Below are positions 22,539-33,095 of a stretch of 64,000 bases of DNA, piece after piece. Position 1 is the first letter of the stretch. The number at the start of each line of letters is the position of its first letter. Origin of the DNA: Bradyrhizobiaceae bacterium (GTDB lineage: Bacteria > Pseudomonadota > Alphaproteobacteria > Rhizobiales > Xanthobacteraceae); contig RXJJ01000001.1 of the NCBI GenBank assembly GCA_003963145.1, forward strand, positions 217,358 through 281,357, read 5' to 3'. Both the position numbers and the translations under genes were made by a program. The notes beneath the pieces are model-generated. The model worked only from the letters and a program-made list of their open reading frames with translations, made no database searches and had not been told where the DNA came from.

Positions 22539-23549
22539 GTGGCAGTCATTGTTCCCTTCGAGAGCCACCCGGCGCCGTCGATCGATCAGCTTGTCGGGCT
22601 CGTGGCAGAGGATATGGAGCGGGTCAACGCCACCATCCTGTCGCGAACCGGGTCGGAAGTCACCATGATCCCGGAGGTCGCCAACCACCTGATTTCCTCG
22701 GGCGGAAAGCGTTTGCGGCCGATACTCACCCTGGCGATGGCGCAGCTCTCCGGCTACACCGGCGAGGGGCATATCAAGCTCGCCGCCGCCGTCGAATTCA
22801 TGCACACCGCGACGCTGCTGCATGATGACGTGGTGGACGAGAGCGAACTTCGCCGCGGCAAATTGTCCGCCCGGATGCTGTGGGGCAACGAGGCCAGCGT
22901 GCTGGTCGGCGACTTCCTGCTCGGCCAGGCCTTCCGCATGATGGTCGAGGTCGGGTCGCTGCGCGCACTCGACATTCTTTCCGCCGCCGCTGCCACCATC
23001 GCCGAGGGCGAGGTGATGCAGCTGGCTGCCGCCAAGAACACCGCCACGACAGAAGACGAATATCTCGCCGTGATCCGCGGCAAGACCGCCGAGCTGTTCG
23101 CCGCCGCCAGCGAGGTCGGCCCCGTGATCGCCGGCCGCCCCAAGGCGGAGCAGACCGCCTCCCGCTCCTTCGGCATGAATCTCGGCATCGCGTTTCAGTT
23201 GATCGACGACGTGCTGGATTACGGCGGCAAGGCCGCCAAGCTCGGCAAGAACACCGGCGACGATTTCCGCGAAGGCAAGATCACGCTGCCCGTGGTGCTG
23301 GCCTTCCGGCGCGGCAACGATGTCGAGCGCGAATTCTGGGTCCGCACGCTTGAGCGCGGCGAGATCGAGGACGCCGACCTCGATCACGCCATCGGGCTGA
23401 TGACCAAGCACCGCACGCTGGAAGACGCCATGCACCGCGCCCAGCATTACGGCGCGATGGCGGTCGACGCGCTGGCGCTGTTTCCGTCCTCGCCGATGAA
23501 AAGCGCGCTGGAGCAGGTGGTCGCCTTCTGTCTGGCCAGATCGAATTAG
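22539..23549 (+). CDS. ispB: Polyprenyl (octa/decaprenyl) diphosphate synthase
   Basis: GGKRLRP, LLHDDVVDES..RRG, FQLIDDVLDY; GTG start. Confidence 0.9.
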   Translation: MAVIVPFESHPAPSIDQLVGLVAEDMERVNATILSRTGSEVTMIPEVANHLISSGGKRLRPILTLAMAQLSGYTGEGHIKLAAAVEFMHTATLLHDDVVDESELRRGKLSARMLWGNEASVLVGDFLLGQAFRMMVEVGSLRALDILSAAAATIAEGEVMQLAAAKNTATTEDEYLAVIRGKTAELFAAASEVGPVIAGRPKAEQTASRSFGMNLGIAFQLIDDVLDYGGKAAKLGKNTGDDFREGKITLPVVLAFRRGNDVEREFWVRTLERGEIEDADLDHAIGLMTKHRTLEDAMHRAQHYGAMAVDALALFPSSPMKSALEQVVAFCLARSN

Positions 23550-23558
23550 GACAGACGA

Positions 23559-24086
23559 ATGGCCGGATTCCTCCGCACCGCCATTCCCTTCCTGCTTTCG
23601 AATTTCACCCTGACATTCTTCATCATCGGCCTGATCTTTTCCGGCGTCGCCCTGATGCGGTTGCACGCACCGGTCACCTCCGCGTGGATCGCCGAGAAAC
23701 TTATCGCCTGGTTCGTGTTCTTCAGCGTGGGCGTCTGCAATCTCTATAATTTCGTGATGCATGTGTTCTTCGGCGAAATGGCCGCGCGGTTTATCGGCTG
23801 GGCCGACAGTCCCTTCCAGTTCGAAGTCGGCATGGCGAGTCTCGGCTTTGCCGCCGTCGGCTTTCTCGCCGCGTTCCGCAGTTTCGATCTGCGGCTGGCG
23901 GCCATTCTGGGGCCCAGCATTTTCCTGCTGGGCGCGGCGGGCGGTCATATCTACCAGATGATCACGGCGCATAATTTCGCGCCCGGCAATGCGGGCATCA
24001 TCTTCTGGACCGATATTCTGATTCCGCTTTTCGGTTTCGCGTTGCTGTGGCTGCAGCATCGCTACGGCAAGCCCGCGGCGCGATAA
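23559..24086 (+). CDS. Multi-pass membrane protein of unknown function
   Basis: Five or so hydrophobic segments; GWADSPFQFEVG and NFAPGNAG motifs. Confidence 0.75.
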   Translation: MAGFLRTAIPFLLSNFTLTFFIIGLIFSGVALMRLHAPVTSAWIAEKLIAWFVFFSVGVCNLYNFVMHVFFGEMAARFIGWADSPFQFEVGMASLGFAAVGFLAAFRSFDLRLAAILGPSIFLLGAAGGHIYQMITAHNFAPGNAGIIFWTDILIPLFGFALLWLQHRYGKPAAR

Positions 24087-24092
24087 TCGCGA

Positions 24093-24977
24093 TCAGCTCA
24101 GCGTTCCCGCATGCACCCACCAGCCGGGCTGAAGGCGAGCGATTGAGTCGCCGGCGGCCTTGGCCTGCGCAGGCGTATCATAGATCGCAAAGCAGGTCGC
24201 GCCCGAACCGGACATGCGCGCAAGCCGCACGCCCTCGGTATCGCGCAGCGTGGCGAGCACCTCACCGATCACCGGCTGGATTTTGAGTGCGGGAGCCTCG
24301 AGATCGTTGGTGCCGCCGATCAGTTGCAGAACCCATTCCTCCTGTGAGGCGCCGGGTTTGGGCAGCGTGATCGCCTCCAGCACCTCGGCGACACCGACGC
24401 GCAATTCGCCGGCGAGCAGGTGCAGCCCCGCAAACACGTCCTTGGTCGGCACCGCGACGCGCGGGTTGACCATCACGCAGGGCAATACAGGAATCGACAG
24501 CGGCGTCAGATCCTCTCCAACGCCTCCCATGACGCAGGCATGCGAAGCGATGCACACCGGAATATCCGAGCCGGTCGCCTTGGCGGCGTCCATCAGCCGC
24601 GCATCGTCGGCGGCCATGCCGTTGGCCCTGGCGAGAAGCCGCAGCGCCGCCGCAGCATCCGCCGAGCCGCCGCCAATTCCCGCCGCGACCGGCAGATGCT
24701 TGTCGAGGATGAAGCGCCCGGTGCCCAGCCCTTCGACGCGCGCGCCGAGCGCCCGCGTCACGCGAATCACGAGATTGTCCTCGCCCTCGCCGCATTCGCC
24801 CGCGCGCGGCCCCGTGGTGACAAGGCTGAGTTCCGCGCCCGGCTCCAGCGTCAGGCGGTCCGCGCAATCGGCGAACGCCACGATGCTGTCGAGGTCGTGA
24901 TAACCGTCGGGACGGCGGCCTAGCACGCGCAGCGTGAGGTTGACCTTGGCGCGCGCGGTTTCAGTCAAAAGTGTCAT
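24093..24977 (-). CDS. ispE: 4-diphosphocytidyl-2-C-methyl-D-erythritol kinase
   Basis: AKVNLTL, GYHDLDS, PVAAGIGGGSADAAA, RMSGSGATCF. Confidence 0.95.
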   Translation of the reverse strand: MTLLTETARAKVNLTLRVLGRRPDGYHDLDSIVAFADCADRLTLEPGAELSLVTTGPRAGECGEGEDNLVIRVTRALGARVEGLGTGRFILDKHLPVAAGIGGGSADAAAALRLLARANGMAADDARLMDAAKATGSDIPVCIASHACVMGGVGEDLTPLSIPVLPCVMVNPRVAVPTKDVFAGLHLLAGELRVGVAEVLEAITLPKPGASQEEWVLQLIGGTNDLEAPALKIQPVIGEVLATLRDTEGVRLARMSGSGATCFAIYDTPAQAKAAGDSIARLQPGWWVHAGTLS

Positions 24978-25041
24978 GCGAACAACGGCTCACTCGTCAA
25001 CAGGCCGCCTGGCAGCCTTCTGACGCCAACTTATAAAGACG

Positions 25042-25067
25042 AAAATGCCCGCGACAAGCGCGGGCAT
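25042..25067 (-). terminator. Probable terminator after the TPR gene
   Basis: ATGCCCGCG-acaag-CGCGGGCAT with a short U tract on the minus strand. Confidence 0.5.
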
Positions 25068-25093
25068 GATGATTTGCGGCGGGCGTGACGACA

Positions 25094-26920
25094 CTAGCCG
25101 CCGTTACCGTTGCCGACGCCCTTTTTCTTCTCCGCCGATGCCGCGGCGGCGGGCGTCTCATCCGGCAGGCCGTCCTTCAGCTTGGCCTCGATCTTCGGCA
25201 GATCTTCCGGCTCGGGCTTGAGGTCCTTGGCATGCTGCCACTGGAACTTGGCTTCGAGCGTCCGGCCGACACGCCAGTAGGCGTCGCCGAGATGGTCGTT
25301 GATGGTCGGATCTTCCGGTTTCAGGTCGATCGCGCGCTCCAGCGTCTTCACCGCGTTGTCGTAATCGGCAATCCGGTAATAGGCCCAGCCCAGCGAATCG
25401 ACGATGAAGCCGTCGTCCGGACGCTGATCGACCGCGCGGCGGATCATGCCCATCGCCTCGTCGAGATTGATGCCCTGATCGATCCATGAATAGCCGAGAT
25501 AATTGAGCACATGCGGCTGCTCGGGCTGAAGCTCAAGCGCCTTTTTCAGATCGACCTCCGCCTTCGGCCACTGCTTGGAGCGCTCCTCGCAGATGCCGCG
25601 GAAATAATACAGCACCCAGTTCGGCTTCTCGGTGCCGATCGCGTCGATGCCCTGCCCGTAGGTTTTCGAGCAATCCTCGAACTTCTTGCGGGCGCGCTCG
25701 ATATTGCCAAGCGCGGTGATCGCCTCGACATCCTTCGGGTCCTCGGACGTCACCGTCTTGAGAATTTTCAGCGCCTCGTCGGTGCGGTCCACCGTATCGA
25801 GATCGGTGGCGAGCTGAATCTGCGCGTTGCGCTTGAGCGGCGAGTTCGACGGCACGCGCTCATAGACCTTGATCGCCATCTGCGGCTTCTTCACCGACTC
25901 GTAAAGGTCGCCGAGCGAAAGCAGCGCGAGCGCATGGTTCGGATTGAGGTAGAGCGCCAGCTGCAGATAGACCAGCGCGAGATCTTCGCCGCCGCGCCGG
26001 GTCAGCGATGCGCCGATGCCGTAGAGCGCCTCGGCCGCGCCCGTCTGCGGCGAATCGACCAGCGGGCCGAGCTTCTTGCCGGCCTTGATCTCGCGCAGCG
26101 CGTCCTGCACCAGAGGATGGCGGGCGAGCTTCTTGTCGAACTTCTCGTAGACCTCGATCGCCTGGTCCTTCTCCTTGTTGCGCGACAGCCAGCGGCCGTA
26201 GGAATCCACCACGCGCAGCGCGCCGTCGTCCAGCGTGTAGGCGCGCTCGAACCGGACGCCGGCATCCTTCTGCCGGTCGGCAAGCTCGTCGATCATGCCG
26301 GCATGCAAATCCTTGAACAGCGGATACCATTCCGGCCCGGCCAGCTTGTCGATGCTGGCAAGCGCACCATTGACGTTGCCGGCGCCGTAAGCGGCCCAGC
26401 CCGACAACAGCGCGGCGACGAGATCGGTGATCGGCCCGCGCACCGACTGATTGATGTTCTGCTGCGCCAGCGCATATTGCTTCTGCTTGAGCGCCTTGAC
26501 GCCCACCACAAGCCGCGCGACGCGATTATTCTTGTCGGTGGCGAGAATGCGGTCGGCGAATTTCACCGCTTCGTCGATGTCGCCATCCGCAAGCGTCGAG
26601 ATGAAGGCGCGGTCGAGCAGATCGGCATTCTTCGGATCGGTGCGCAGCGCCGAGCGATAGAAGGCGGCGGCGGAGCCCGCGTCGCGGTCGACGCTGGCGT
26701 GACGCGCAGCGAGGTAACTGCCGGCGGTGGTCAGTTCCTGAAGGTCGCGCGCGGTCGGATAAGGCGCCGATTTCGAATCGGCCTTGGCGTCGGAATCATC
26801 CTGCGCCCGGGCGATAGGTGCGAGAGAGACGACCGCCATCGCGGTGACGACAAGGGTGGCAATCGCCTTGCGATTAAATCCGCGCACGGCCTGCGCGGAA
26901 GAAAAACGGACTGAAGACAT
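25094..26920 (-). CDS. Exported tetratricopeptide-repeat protein
   Basis: Signal peptide; multiple TPRs (VLNYLGYSWID, DSLGWAYY, INDHLGDAYW); start approximate. Confidence 0.85.
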   Translation of the reverse strand: MSSVRFSSAQAVRGFNRKAIATLVVTAMAVVSLAPIARAQDDSDAKADSKSAPYPTARDLQELTTAGSYLAARHASVDRDAGSAAAFYRSALRTDPKNADLLDRAFISTLADGDIDEAVKFADRILATDKNNRVARLVVGVKALKQKQYALAQQNINQSVRGPITDLVAALLSGWAAYGAGNVNGALASIDKLAGPEWYPLFKDLHAGMIDELADRQKDAGVRFERAYTLDDGALRVVDSYGRWLSRNKEKDQAIEVYEKFDKKLARHPLVQDALREIKAGKKLGPLVDSPQTGAAEALYGIGASLTRRGGEDLALVYLQLALYLNPNHALALLSLGDLYESVKKPQMAIKVYERVPSNSPLKRNAQIQLATDLDTVDRTDEALKILKTVTSEDPKDVEAITALGNIERARKKFEDCSKTYGQGIDAIGTEKPNWVLYYFRGICEERSKQWPKAEVDLKKALELQPEQPHVLNYLGYSWIDQGINLDEAMGMIRRAVDQRPDDGFIVDSLGWAYYRIADYDNAVKTLERAIDLKPEDPTINDHLGDAYWRVGRTLEAKFQWQHAKDLKPEPEDLPKIEAKLKDGLPDETPAAAASAEKKKGVGNGNGG

Positions 26921-27108
26921 CACGCGCGCCGGCTCCATGATCTTGAATTCGCGGACCGCAAAGCGGGTCCTGCGAGGACGCGACAATGACCCTTTTGGCC
27001 CTTGTCCGCAAGGATGGGGATACACCGGAGCCTTCCCGACACTATGGCCTTATCGTGGCGGGGCGCTCCGCTCGCGCAAACGTGCTTATTTCGGGGTCAC
27101 AAAGCGGG

Positions 27109-28770
27109 TTACATGCCCTGATAGTTCGGACCGCCGCCGCCCTCCGGCGGAACCCATGTAATGTTGCCGTTCGGATCCTTCACGTCGCAGGTTTTGCAGT
27201 GAACGCAGTTCTGCGCGTTGATCTGGTAACGCGGCCCCGAGGATTCCTCGATCCATTCATAAACCCCGGCGGGGCAATAGCGGTTCGAGGGGCCTGCGAA
27301 CACGTCGTGCTCGGAGGTTTTCTGCAATTCCATGTCGGCGACCTTGAGATGGATCGGCTGATCCTCCTCGTGATTGGTGTTGGACAGAAACACCGAGGAC
27401 AGCCGGTCGAAGGTCAGTTTGCCATCCGGCTTCGGCGCTGCGACCGGCGCATGATCCTTCGCCGGATCGAGCGTCCTGCGGTCGGGCTCAGCGTGCGGCA
27501 GCGTGCCGAACAGCGACACGCCCAGCAGCGACTGCGTCCACATGTCGAGGCCGCCGAGCACGACGCCGACAACCGTGCCGAATTTCGACCACAGCGGCTT
27601 GACGTTACGCACACGGAACAGGTCCCGGCCGACCGATGAACTGCGCCACGCCTGCTCATAGGCCACGACCTCATCGTTGGCGCGCGCCTCCTCGATGGCG
27701 TCAGCGACATGACGCGCGGCCAGCATGCCCGAACTCAGCGCGTTGTGAACGCCCTTGATGCGCGGCACGTTGACGAAACCCGCCGCGCAGCCGATCAGCG
27801 CCCCGCCGGGGAAGGTAAGGCGCGGCACCGATTGGAAGCCGCCTTCGGTGATCGCGCGCGCGCCATAGGAAATGCGCTTGCCGCCCTCGAACACGCCGCG
27901 AATGGCGGGATGCGTCTTCAGGCGCTGGAATTCCTCGAATGGCGACAGATAGGGATCGGCGTAATTGAGATGCGTCACGAAGCCGACGGCGATGAGGCTG
28001 TCGCCATAGTGATAGAGAAACGATCCGCCGCCGGTCGAATTGTCGAGCGGCCAGCCGAACGAATGCTGGATCAATCCCGGTTTGTGTTTCGCCGGATCGA
28101 TCTGCCAGATTTCCTTCAGCCCGATGCCGAATTTCGGCGGCGCGCTGGTCTTGTCGAGCGAAAATTTTGCGATGAGCTGCTTGCTCAGACTGCCGCGCGC
28201 GCCTTCGGCGAACAGCGTGTATTTGCCGAGCAGCTCCATGCCGCGCGTGAACGAGGGTTTGTGCGAGCCGTCGCGCGCCACGCCCATGTCGCCGGTGGCG
28301 ATGCCGCGCACCTCGCCATTCTCGCCATAGATGATCTCGGTCGCGGCAAAGCCTGGATAGATTTCGACGCCCAGGGCTTCAGCCTGCGGCGCGAGCCAGC
28401 GGCACAGATCGCCCAGCGATCCGATGTAGCAATGATGGTTGTTCATCAGCGGCGGCATCAGGAACGAGGGGAGCCGAAACGCCGCATTCGCCGTCAGCCA
28501 GTAAAAGCGATCGTCGGTGACCTGCGTTTTCAGCGGACAGTCCGCGTCATCGCGCCACTCCGGCAGCAGCTTGTCGAGCGCGACGGGATCGATCACCGCG
28601 CCGGACATGATGTGCGCGCCGACCTCGGAGCCTTTCTCGACAATCACGATGGACAGATCGGAATTGGTCTGCTTCAGCCGGATCGCTGCGGCAAGACCGG
28701 CCGGTCCGGCACCCACGATCACGACATCGAACTCCATGGAATCGCGCGGTGCGAGCGTATCGTCGGTCAT
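27109..28770 (-). CDS. Electron transfer flavoprotein-ubiquinone oxidoreductase
   Basis: VGAGPAGL, EKGSEVGAH, CPAGVYE, NAQNCVHCKTCDVKDP. Confidence 0.93.
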   Translation of the reverse strand: MTDDTLAPRDSMEFDVVIVGAGPAGLAAAIRLKQTNSDLSIVIVEKGSEVGAHIMSGAVIDPVALDKLLPEWRDDADCPLKTQVTDDRFYWLTANAAFRLPSFLMPPLMNNHHCYIGSLGDLCRWLAPQAEALGVEIYPGFAATEIIYGENGEVRGIATGDMGVARDGSHKPSFTRGMELLGKYTLFAEGARGSLSKQLIAKFSLDKTSAPPKFGIGLKEIWQIDPAKHKPGLIQHSFGWPLDNSTGGGSFLYHYGDSLIAVGFVTHLNYADPYLSPFEEFQRLKTHPAIRGVFEGGKRISYGARAITEGGFQSVPRLTFPGGALIGCAAGFVNVPRIKGVHNALSSGMLAARHVADAIEEARANDEVVAYEQAWRSSSVGRDLFRVRNVKPLWSKFGTVVGVVLGGLDMWTQSLLGVSLFGTLPHAEPDRRTLDPAKDHAPVAAPKPDGKLTFDRLSSVFLSNTNHEEDQPIHLKVADMELQKTSEHDVFAGPSNRYCPAGVYEWIEESSGPRYQINAQNCVHCKTCDVKDPNGNITWVPPEGGGGPNYQGM

Positions 28771-28973
28771 TGCTCTTCCATATTTGAACGTTTCCAGTTC
28801 CGTTCTTGACGATTTTCCCGGACAGGACAACCCCTTGACGGCTTCGCGTGAAGCAGTCCTTGCCAAAGCAGGAAATTTCTTTCCTTATTTTCGCGGCCTC
28901 GGGGCATGCAGCGCGAATGCCGTACGGCGACATTCGGATATACGAGCCGGTTCATCGCGATGTAGAATGGCGC

Positions 28974-29813
28974 ATGCCTCTTCCCGAACCGATGCCTTCC
29001 GCGCGCGATCTGCTGGCCTTCTATCTTGAAGCCGGCGTCGACTGTGCGTTGGCCGAAGCGCCGGTGAACCGGCTGTCGGAAATCGCCACCGAGGAACGTC
29101 CGGCCGAGCGGGCCGCACCGCGCGTGCCTGTTCCGAGGCCGGCCCCCGCGCCGATCCGGGCCGACATGACTGGAACGATGGCTGCAACGATGGCCGCAGC
29201 GCCCGACGCGGCGATCGAGTCGGCCCGCGCGCTCGCGCCCAAGGCGGCGACTCTCGAAGATCTGCGTTCTCTGCTGGAGGCCTTCGACGGCTGCGCGCTG
29301 AAAACCACCGCCACGCAACTGGTGTTTGCCGACGGCAATCCGAAAGCTCGGATCATGTTCGTCGGTGAAGCGCCCGGACGCGACGAGGACATTCAGGGCC
29401 TGCCCTTCGTCGGGCGCTCGGGCAAGCTGCTCGATCTGATGCTCGCCGCCATCGGTCTCGATCGCACCAGCGTCTATATCGCCAACATCATCCCATGGCG
29501 TCCGCCGGGCAACCGCGATCCCTCGCCGCACGAAACGCAGATGTGCCTGCCCTTCATCCGGCGACAGATCGAACTGGTCGATCCCGACATTCTGGTCTGT
29601 CTCGGCAAGCCGTCATCGCAGGCCGTGCTGGAGCTGAAGGACGGCATCATGAAAACGCGTGGCCGGTGGTACGACTACAACACCGGCACCCGGAAAATCC
29701 GCGCGATGGCGACATTCCATCCCGCCTATCTGCTGCGCTCGCCAATCTACAAGCGCCTGACCTGGCAGGATTTGCGTGCCGCCAGGAAGGCGCTGGATCA
29801 GGCCTCCGCGTAG
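28974..29813 (+). CDS. Uracil-DNA glycosylase family 4
   Basis: GEAPGRDED, PFVGRSG, WRPPGNRDP, TFHPAYLLR. Confidence 0.9.
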   Translation: MPLPEPMPSARDLLAFYLEAGVDCALAEAPVNRLSEIATEERPAERAAPRVPVPRPAPAPIRADMTGTMAATMAAAPDAAIESARALAPKAATLEDLRSLLEAFDGCALKTTATQLVFADGNPKARIMFVGEAPGRDEDIQGLPFVGRSGKLLDLMLAAIGLDRTSVYIANIIPWRPPGNRDPSPHETQMCLPFIRRQIELVDPDILVCLGKPSSQAVLELKDGIMKTRGRWYDYNTGTRKIRAMATFHPAYLLRSPIYKRLTWQDLRAARKALDQASA

Positions 29814-29857
29814 GCGCAGACCCGTCCGCCTCGGCGCGCATGTTCACATGCAACGTT

Positions 29858-30283
29858 TCAGCGCACGTGCACCGTGATCTTTACGTCCACATTACCCCTG
29901 ATCGCGTTTGAGTAGGGGCAAAGCTCGTGACCGCGTTTCACATAGGTCTCGCCCGTCGCCTGATCGACGCCCGCCAGCGTCACGTCGAGCGCAGCGGAAA
30001 GCACGAACACCTGAGCCTCGTTGCGGCTGATGCCGATTTCGGCGGTGACCGAAACATCCTCGTCGGCGAATTTGTGGCCGGCTTCCCGCGCCGCGCGCAG
30101 CACCGCGTTTTCGAAGCAGGCCGAGTAACCGCCGGCAAACAACTGCTCGGGATTGGTGGCGCCGCCGGGACCGCCGAGACTCTTTGGCATCGCCAGGTTC
30201 AGGTCGAGCAGTCCGTCGTCGCTGCGGATATGGCCGTGCCGGCCGCCCGTTGCCGTTGCGCGGGCGACATAGAGAGGTGCCAT
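29858..30283 (-). CDS. ohr: Organic hydroperoxide resistance protein
   Basis: TNPEQLFAGGYSACF and CPYSNAIRGN, both catalytic Cys present. Confidence 0.92.
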   Translation of the reverse strand: MAPLYVARATATGGRHGHIRSDDGLLDLNLAMPKSLGGPGGATNPEQLFAGGYSACFENAVLRAAREAGHKFADEDVSVTAEIGISRNEAQVFVLSAALDVTLAGVDQATGETYVKRGHELCPYSNAIRGNVDVKITVHVR

Positions 30284-30392
30284 GACTTAAGTCTCCTCAA
30301 AAGCAGTAAACACCGGCGAGGAACATTTAATAGCCTCAGGCTGAAATTGCCAAGCCGCGCAGACTTTCAACATCGCGGCGCGGCGGTGCGGG

Positions 30393-30497
30393 GGCGCGCC
30401 GGACGATATCGGCCCGATGATCGCTTCGCTGCTGTCGGAGGCCAATCGCTGGATCACCGGCCAGCGCATTGAGGTCTCGGGCGGCATGATGCTTTAA
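30393..30497 (+). pseudogene. C-terminal remnant of an SDR oxidoreductase gene
   Basis: GAPDDIGPMIASLLSEANRWITGQRIEVSGGMML-stop; no SDR-like sequence upstream in frame. Confidence 0.7.
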
Positions 30498-30529
30498 GCC
30501 GCCTCAAGGCGGCCGTAATCGAACAACTC

Positions 30530-30555
30530 CGCCGCCGGATGTCCGGCGGCGTTTT
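30530..30555 (+). terminator. Intrinsic terminator after the SDR remnant
   Basis: CGCCGCCGGA-tg-TCCGGCGGCG-TTTT. Confidence 0.6.
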
Positions 30556-30564
30556 ATTTGAGAA

Positions 30565-32076
30565 TTATTTTGCTGAAGCAGGACGCAGGATGGCCCAGCC
30601 GATGCGGAATGGTTCCTGGCGTCCGGCAATCGGACGGTCGAAGGTGCGCGGCACTTCGGGCATGAGACCGGGAAAGCGTTGCGCGATGCCGGGCGGCGGC
30701 GCGCCGACGGTATCTGTCGCGCGCCAGACCACGAGTGCGCCATTGCGGTTCACCGCGTCGAAGGTCACCCAGGGCGTCTGTCGCGGGGCGAAATCGTAGA
30801 ACACCTGCGGGCGGCCCATCGAGCCGTATCCCAGCAAGGCCGCAAGCTGCGGATCTCCCGCCACGATCTGCAGGGGGCGGCCGGTGCGCGCCCGATAAAT
30901 GACGTCGAAGAATTTGGCCATGTCGGCGGCCGGAAGCAATGTCCTGACCTCGCCGCCGCCGGTCCACGGCAGAACGAACACACCGGCGAGCGCGATGGCG
31001 ACCGGAGCCATCACCACCAATAGCCACACCATGCGCAGCACTTCCTGCCGGCGCAGGAAAATCAGATCACCCGCCGCGACGACCACGGCAAGCCCCGCCA
31101 GCAACAGCACCGCCCCCTGCCCGGCCACCACATCGTCGAGATCGTAAAGGGCCGCAAGCAGGCTCAGCAGCAAGGGCGGCGCCAGCGCCAGCGTGTAAAC
31201 GAAACTGCGCGCGAATGGGGTGAGCGGCGGGCGGTAGATCACCGGCGCCTGTTCGGGATTGCGGTTGAAACGCCGCAGATTGACGATCACGAGCAGCGCG
31301 ATGCCGGAAACCGGCAGCGCCAGCCAGCCGAGCAGGTTTCCCCAATGCCTGAGCTTGTCCAGTGCCGCGCCTTGCATCGGCGGACGGGGCAGCGTGGCAC
31401 CCGTGCGCAGCAGCCACAGATAATAAGGCAGCGCGATGACCAGCACGACCAGCGCGCAGAACAATGGATCGAGCGAGGCCAGCGCCTTGCGGCCCTGCGA
31501 TGTCGCCAGCGCGAATGCAATCAGGATCGCGACCAGAAGCGGCGCCGATTGCAGAGTAAGAAACAACAGGCCGATCTCGAACGACAACAGGAACCATGCG
31601 GTGCGCCTGCCCTCGCCCATCACGCGCCAGCTGTGCAGCAGGGTCAGCGCCCAGAGCGGACGCGCCAGAATCAACGGGCCGAATTCGATGCCCTGATAGC
31701 TGAGCGCGGTGATGGTGAGGGTGAGCAGCGCCGCGATAATCGCCTGCTGCTTGCCGACGATGGCCCGCGCCAGCGTGAACACAGCCCACGCCGTGACGAT
31801 GAAACAGATCTGCGACAGGAAATAGACGCCGAACATGTGGCCGCCGGCGAGGCGGAAGGCGATGTCCGCAAGCCAGAATGACAGCGGCGGCCCCATCACG
31901 GTGCCGACCTGATATTCGCGTCCGAAGGCCAGTTCGGCCGCCAGATTTCCCGGCGGGCTGGTGTAGAGCAGGGTCGGCAGCAGAAACCAGATCGCGGCCA
32001 GACACAGCGACGCCACCCAGAAGATCAGCCGCGGCCGGGCGCGCAGCAATTCGACGATCAGTGACGTAAAACGCAT
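30565..32076 (-). CDS. Membrane glycosyltransferase (ArnT/GT39-like)
   Basis: Many TM helices; GREYQVGTVMGPPLSFWLA luminal loop. Confidence 0.7.
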   Translation of the reverse strand: MRFTSLIVELLRARPRLIFWVASLCLAAIWFLLPTLLYTSPPGNLAAELAFGREYQVGTVMGPPLSFWLADIAFRLAGGHMFGVYFLSQICFIVTAWAVFTLARAIVGKQQAIIAALLTLTITALSYQGIEFGPLILARPLWALTLLHSWRVMGEGRRTAWFLLSFEIGLLFLTLQSAPLLVAILIAFALATSQGRKALASLDPLFCALVVLVIALPYYLWLLRTGATLPRPPMQGAALDKLRHWGNLLGWLALPVSGIALLVIVNLRRFNRNPEQAPVIYRPPLTPFARSFVYTLALAPPLLLSLLAALYDLDDVVAGQGAVLLLAGLAVVVAAGDLIFLRRQEVLRMVWLLVVMAPVAIALAGVFVLPWTGGGEVRTLLPAADMAKFFDVIYRARTGRPLQIVAGDPQLAALLGYGSMGRPQVFYDFAPRQTPWVTFDAVNRNGALVVWRATDTVGAPPPGIAQRFPGLMPEVPRTFDRPIAGRQEPFRIGWAILRPASAK

Positions 32077-32145
32077 GTCGCTGCGAAACCGGCTGGCGCG
32101 GGGCGCGGAAAAAACGGGTGCTGTTTGATAAAGGGCGAAAGGCGA

Positions 32146-33006
32146 TCAGGCAACTCGCGCGGATACCCCTGCCGCTTCCCCCGTCACGGTTTCGGCTATT
32201 GCGTCCGCCGGGCTACACTCGCCGTGCCCCAAATCGCTCAACTCCAGTTCATTGAGCCCCATCACAAGCTGCTCCGCCCGGCCGACATCGACGCCGGTGT
32301 TGTGCTTGATATGGGCGGCCGCCACCGGCGCGAAGAACTTGCGGTGATGCACGGTGGGTCCGAGACGGTCGAGCGCCTCCAGATGCACCGGCACCGAATA
32401 GCCCATGTGGGATTCGAAGCCATAGCCCGGATGGTCCTGCGCCAGCCTGCACATCAGGCGGTCGCGCGACACTTTTGCGACGATCGACGCGGCCGCGATC
32501 GACAGCACGAGCCCGTCGCCGCCGATCACCGCTTCGCAGCCGCAGGTGACGTCGATTTTATCGCGGCCGTCGACGAACACATGTTTGGGCGCCTCGGGCA
32601 AGGCGCGGACCGCACGCGCCAGCGCCCACAGCGAGGCGCGCAGGATGTTGTCGCGGTCGATCCGCCAGGGCGGCGCAGCCGCAACGGCGACAAGCGACGT
32701 CGCGCAAATCTCGTCGAACAATTCCTCGCGGCGCTCGCGCGTCAGCTTCTTGGAATCGTCCATGCCTTTTGGAATTCGCGCAGGATCGAGGATCACGGCG
32801 GCGGCGACCACGGGACCGGCGAGCGGCCCCCGCCCCGCCTCGTCACAGCCCGCGACCGGCCACACGCCGCGCTTCATCATCGCGCGCTCGCGCCGGAAAC
32901 TCGGCGGGGCGACCGCGATCACCCGGCCGCGTGGCGCGGCGGGTTCTTCCTTTTTCGACCTCGCGGAAGCCTTATTGTTCTTCGCTGGAGCTTCGGCTCG
33001 ACTCAT
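32146..33006 (-). CDS. rnhB: Ribonuclease HII
   Basis: [39 protein letters not shown]. Confidence 0.95.
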   Translation of the reverse strand: MSRAEAPAKNNKASARSKKEEPAAPRGRVIAVAPPSFRRERAMMKRGVWPVAGCDEAGRGPLAGPVVAAAVILDPARIPKGMDDSKKLTRERREELFDEICATSLVAVAAAPPWRIDRDNILRASLWALARAVRALPEAPKHVFVDGRDKIDVTCGCEAVIGGDGLVLSIAAASIVAKVSRDRLMCRLAQDHPGYGFESHMGYSVPVHLEALDRLGPTVHHRKFFAPVAAAHIKHNTGVDVGRAEQLVMGLNELELSDLGHGECSPADAIAETVTGEAAGVSARVA

Positions 33007-33095
33007 GCGGCCACAGTGCGGCGATATGGAATGCCGGGCAAGGCGGAACTTCTGCGATTCCCGTAATCAACATAATAGATGATCATCGGGTGCGT

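Noticed and set aside
28786-28805. GAAC-N7-GTTC upstream of the uracil-DNA glycosylase gene as an SOS box
   Set aside because: It is an inverted arrangement, not the direct repeat used by alphaproteobacterial LexA.
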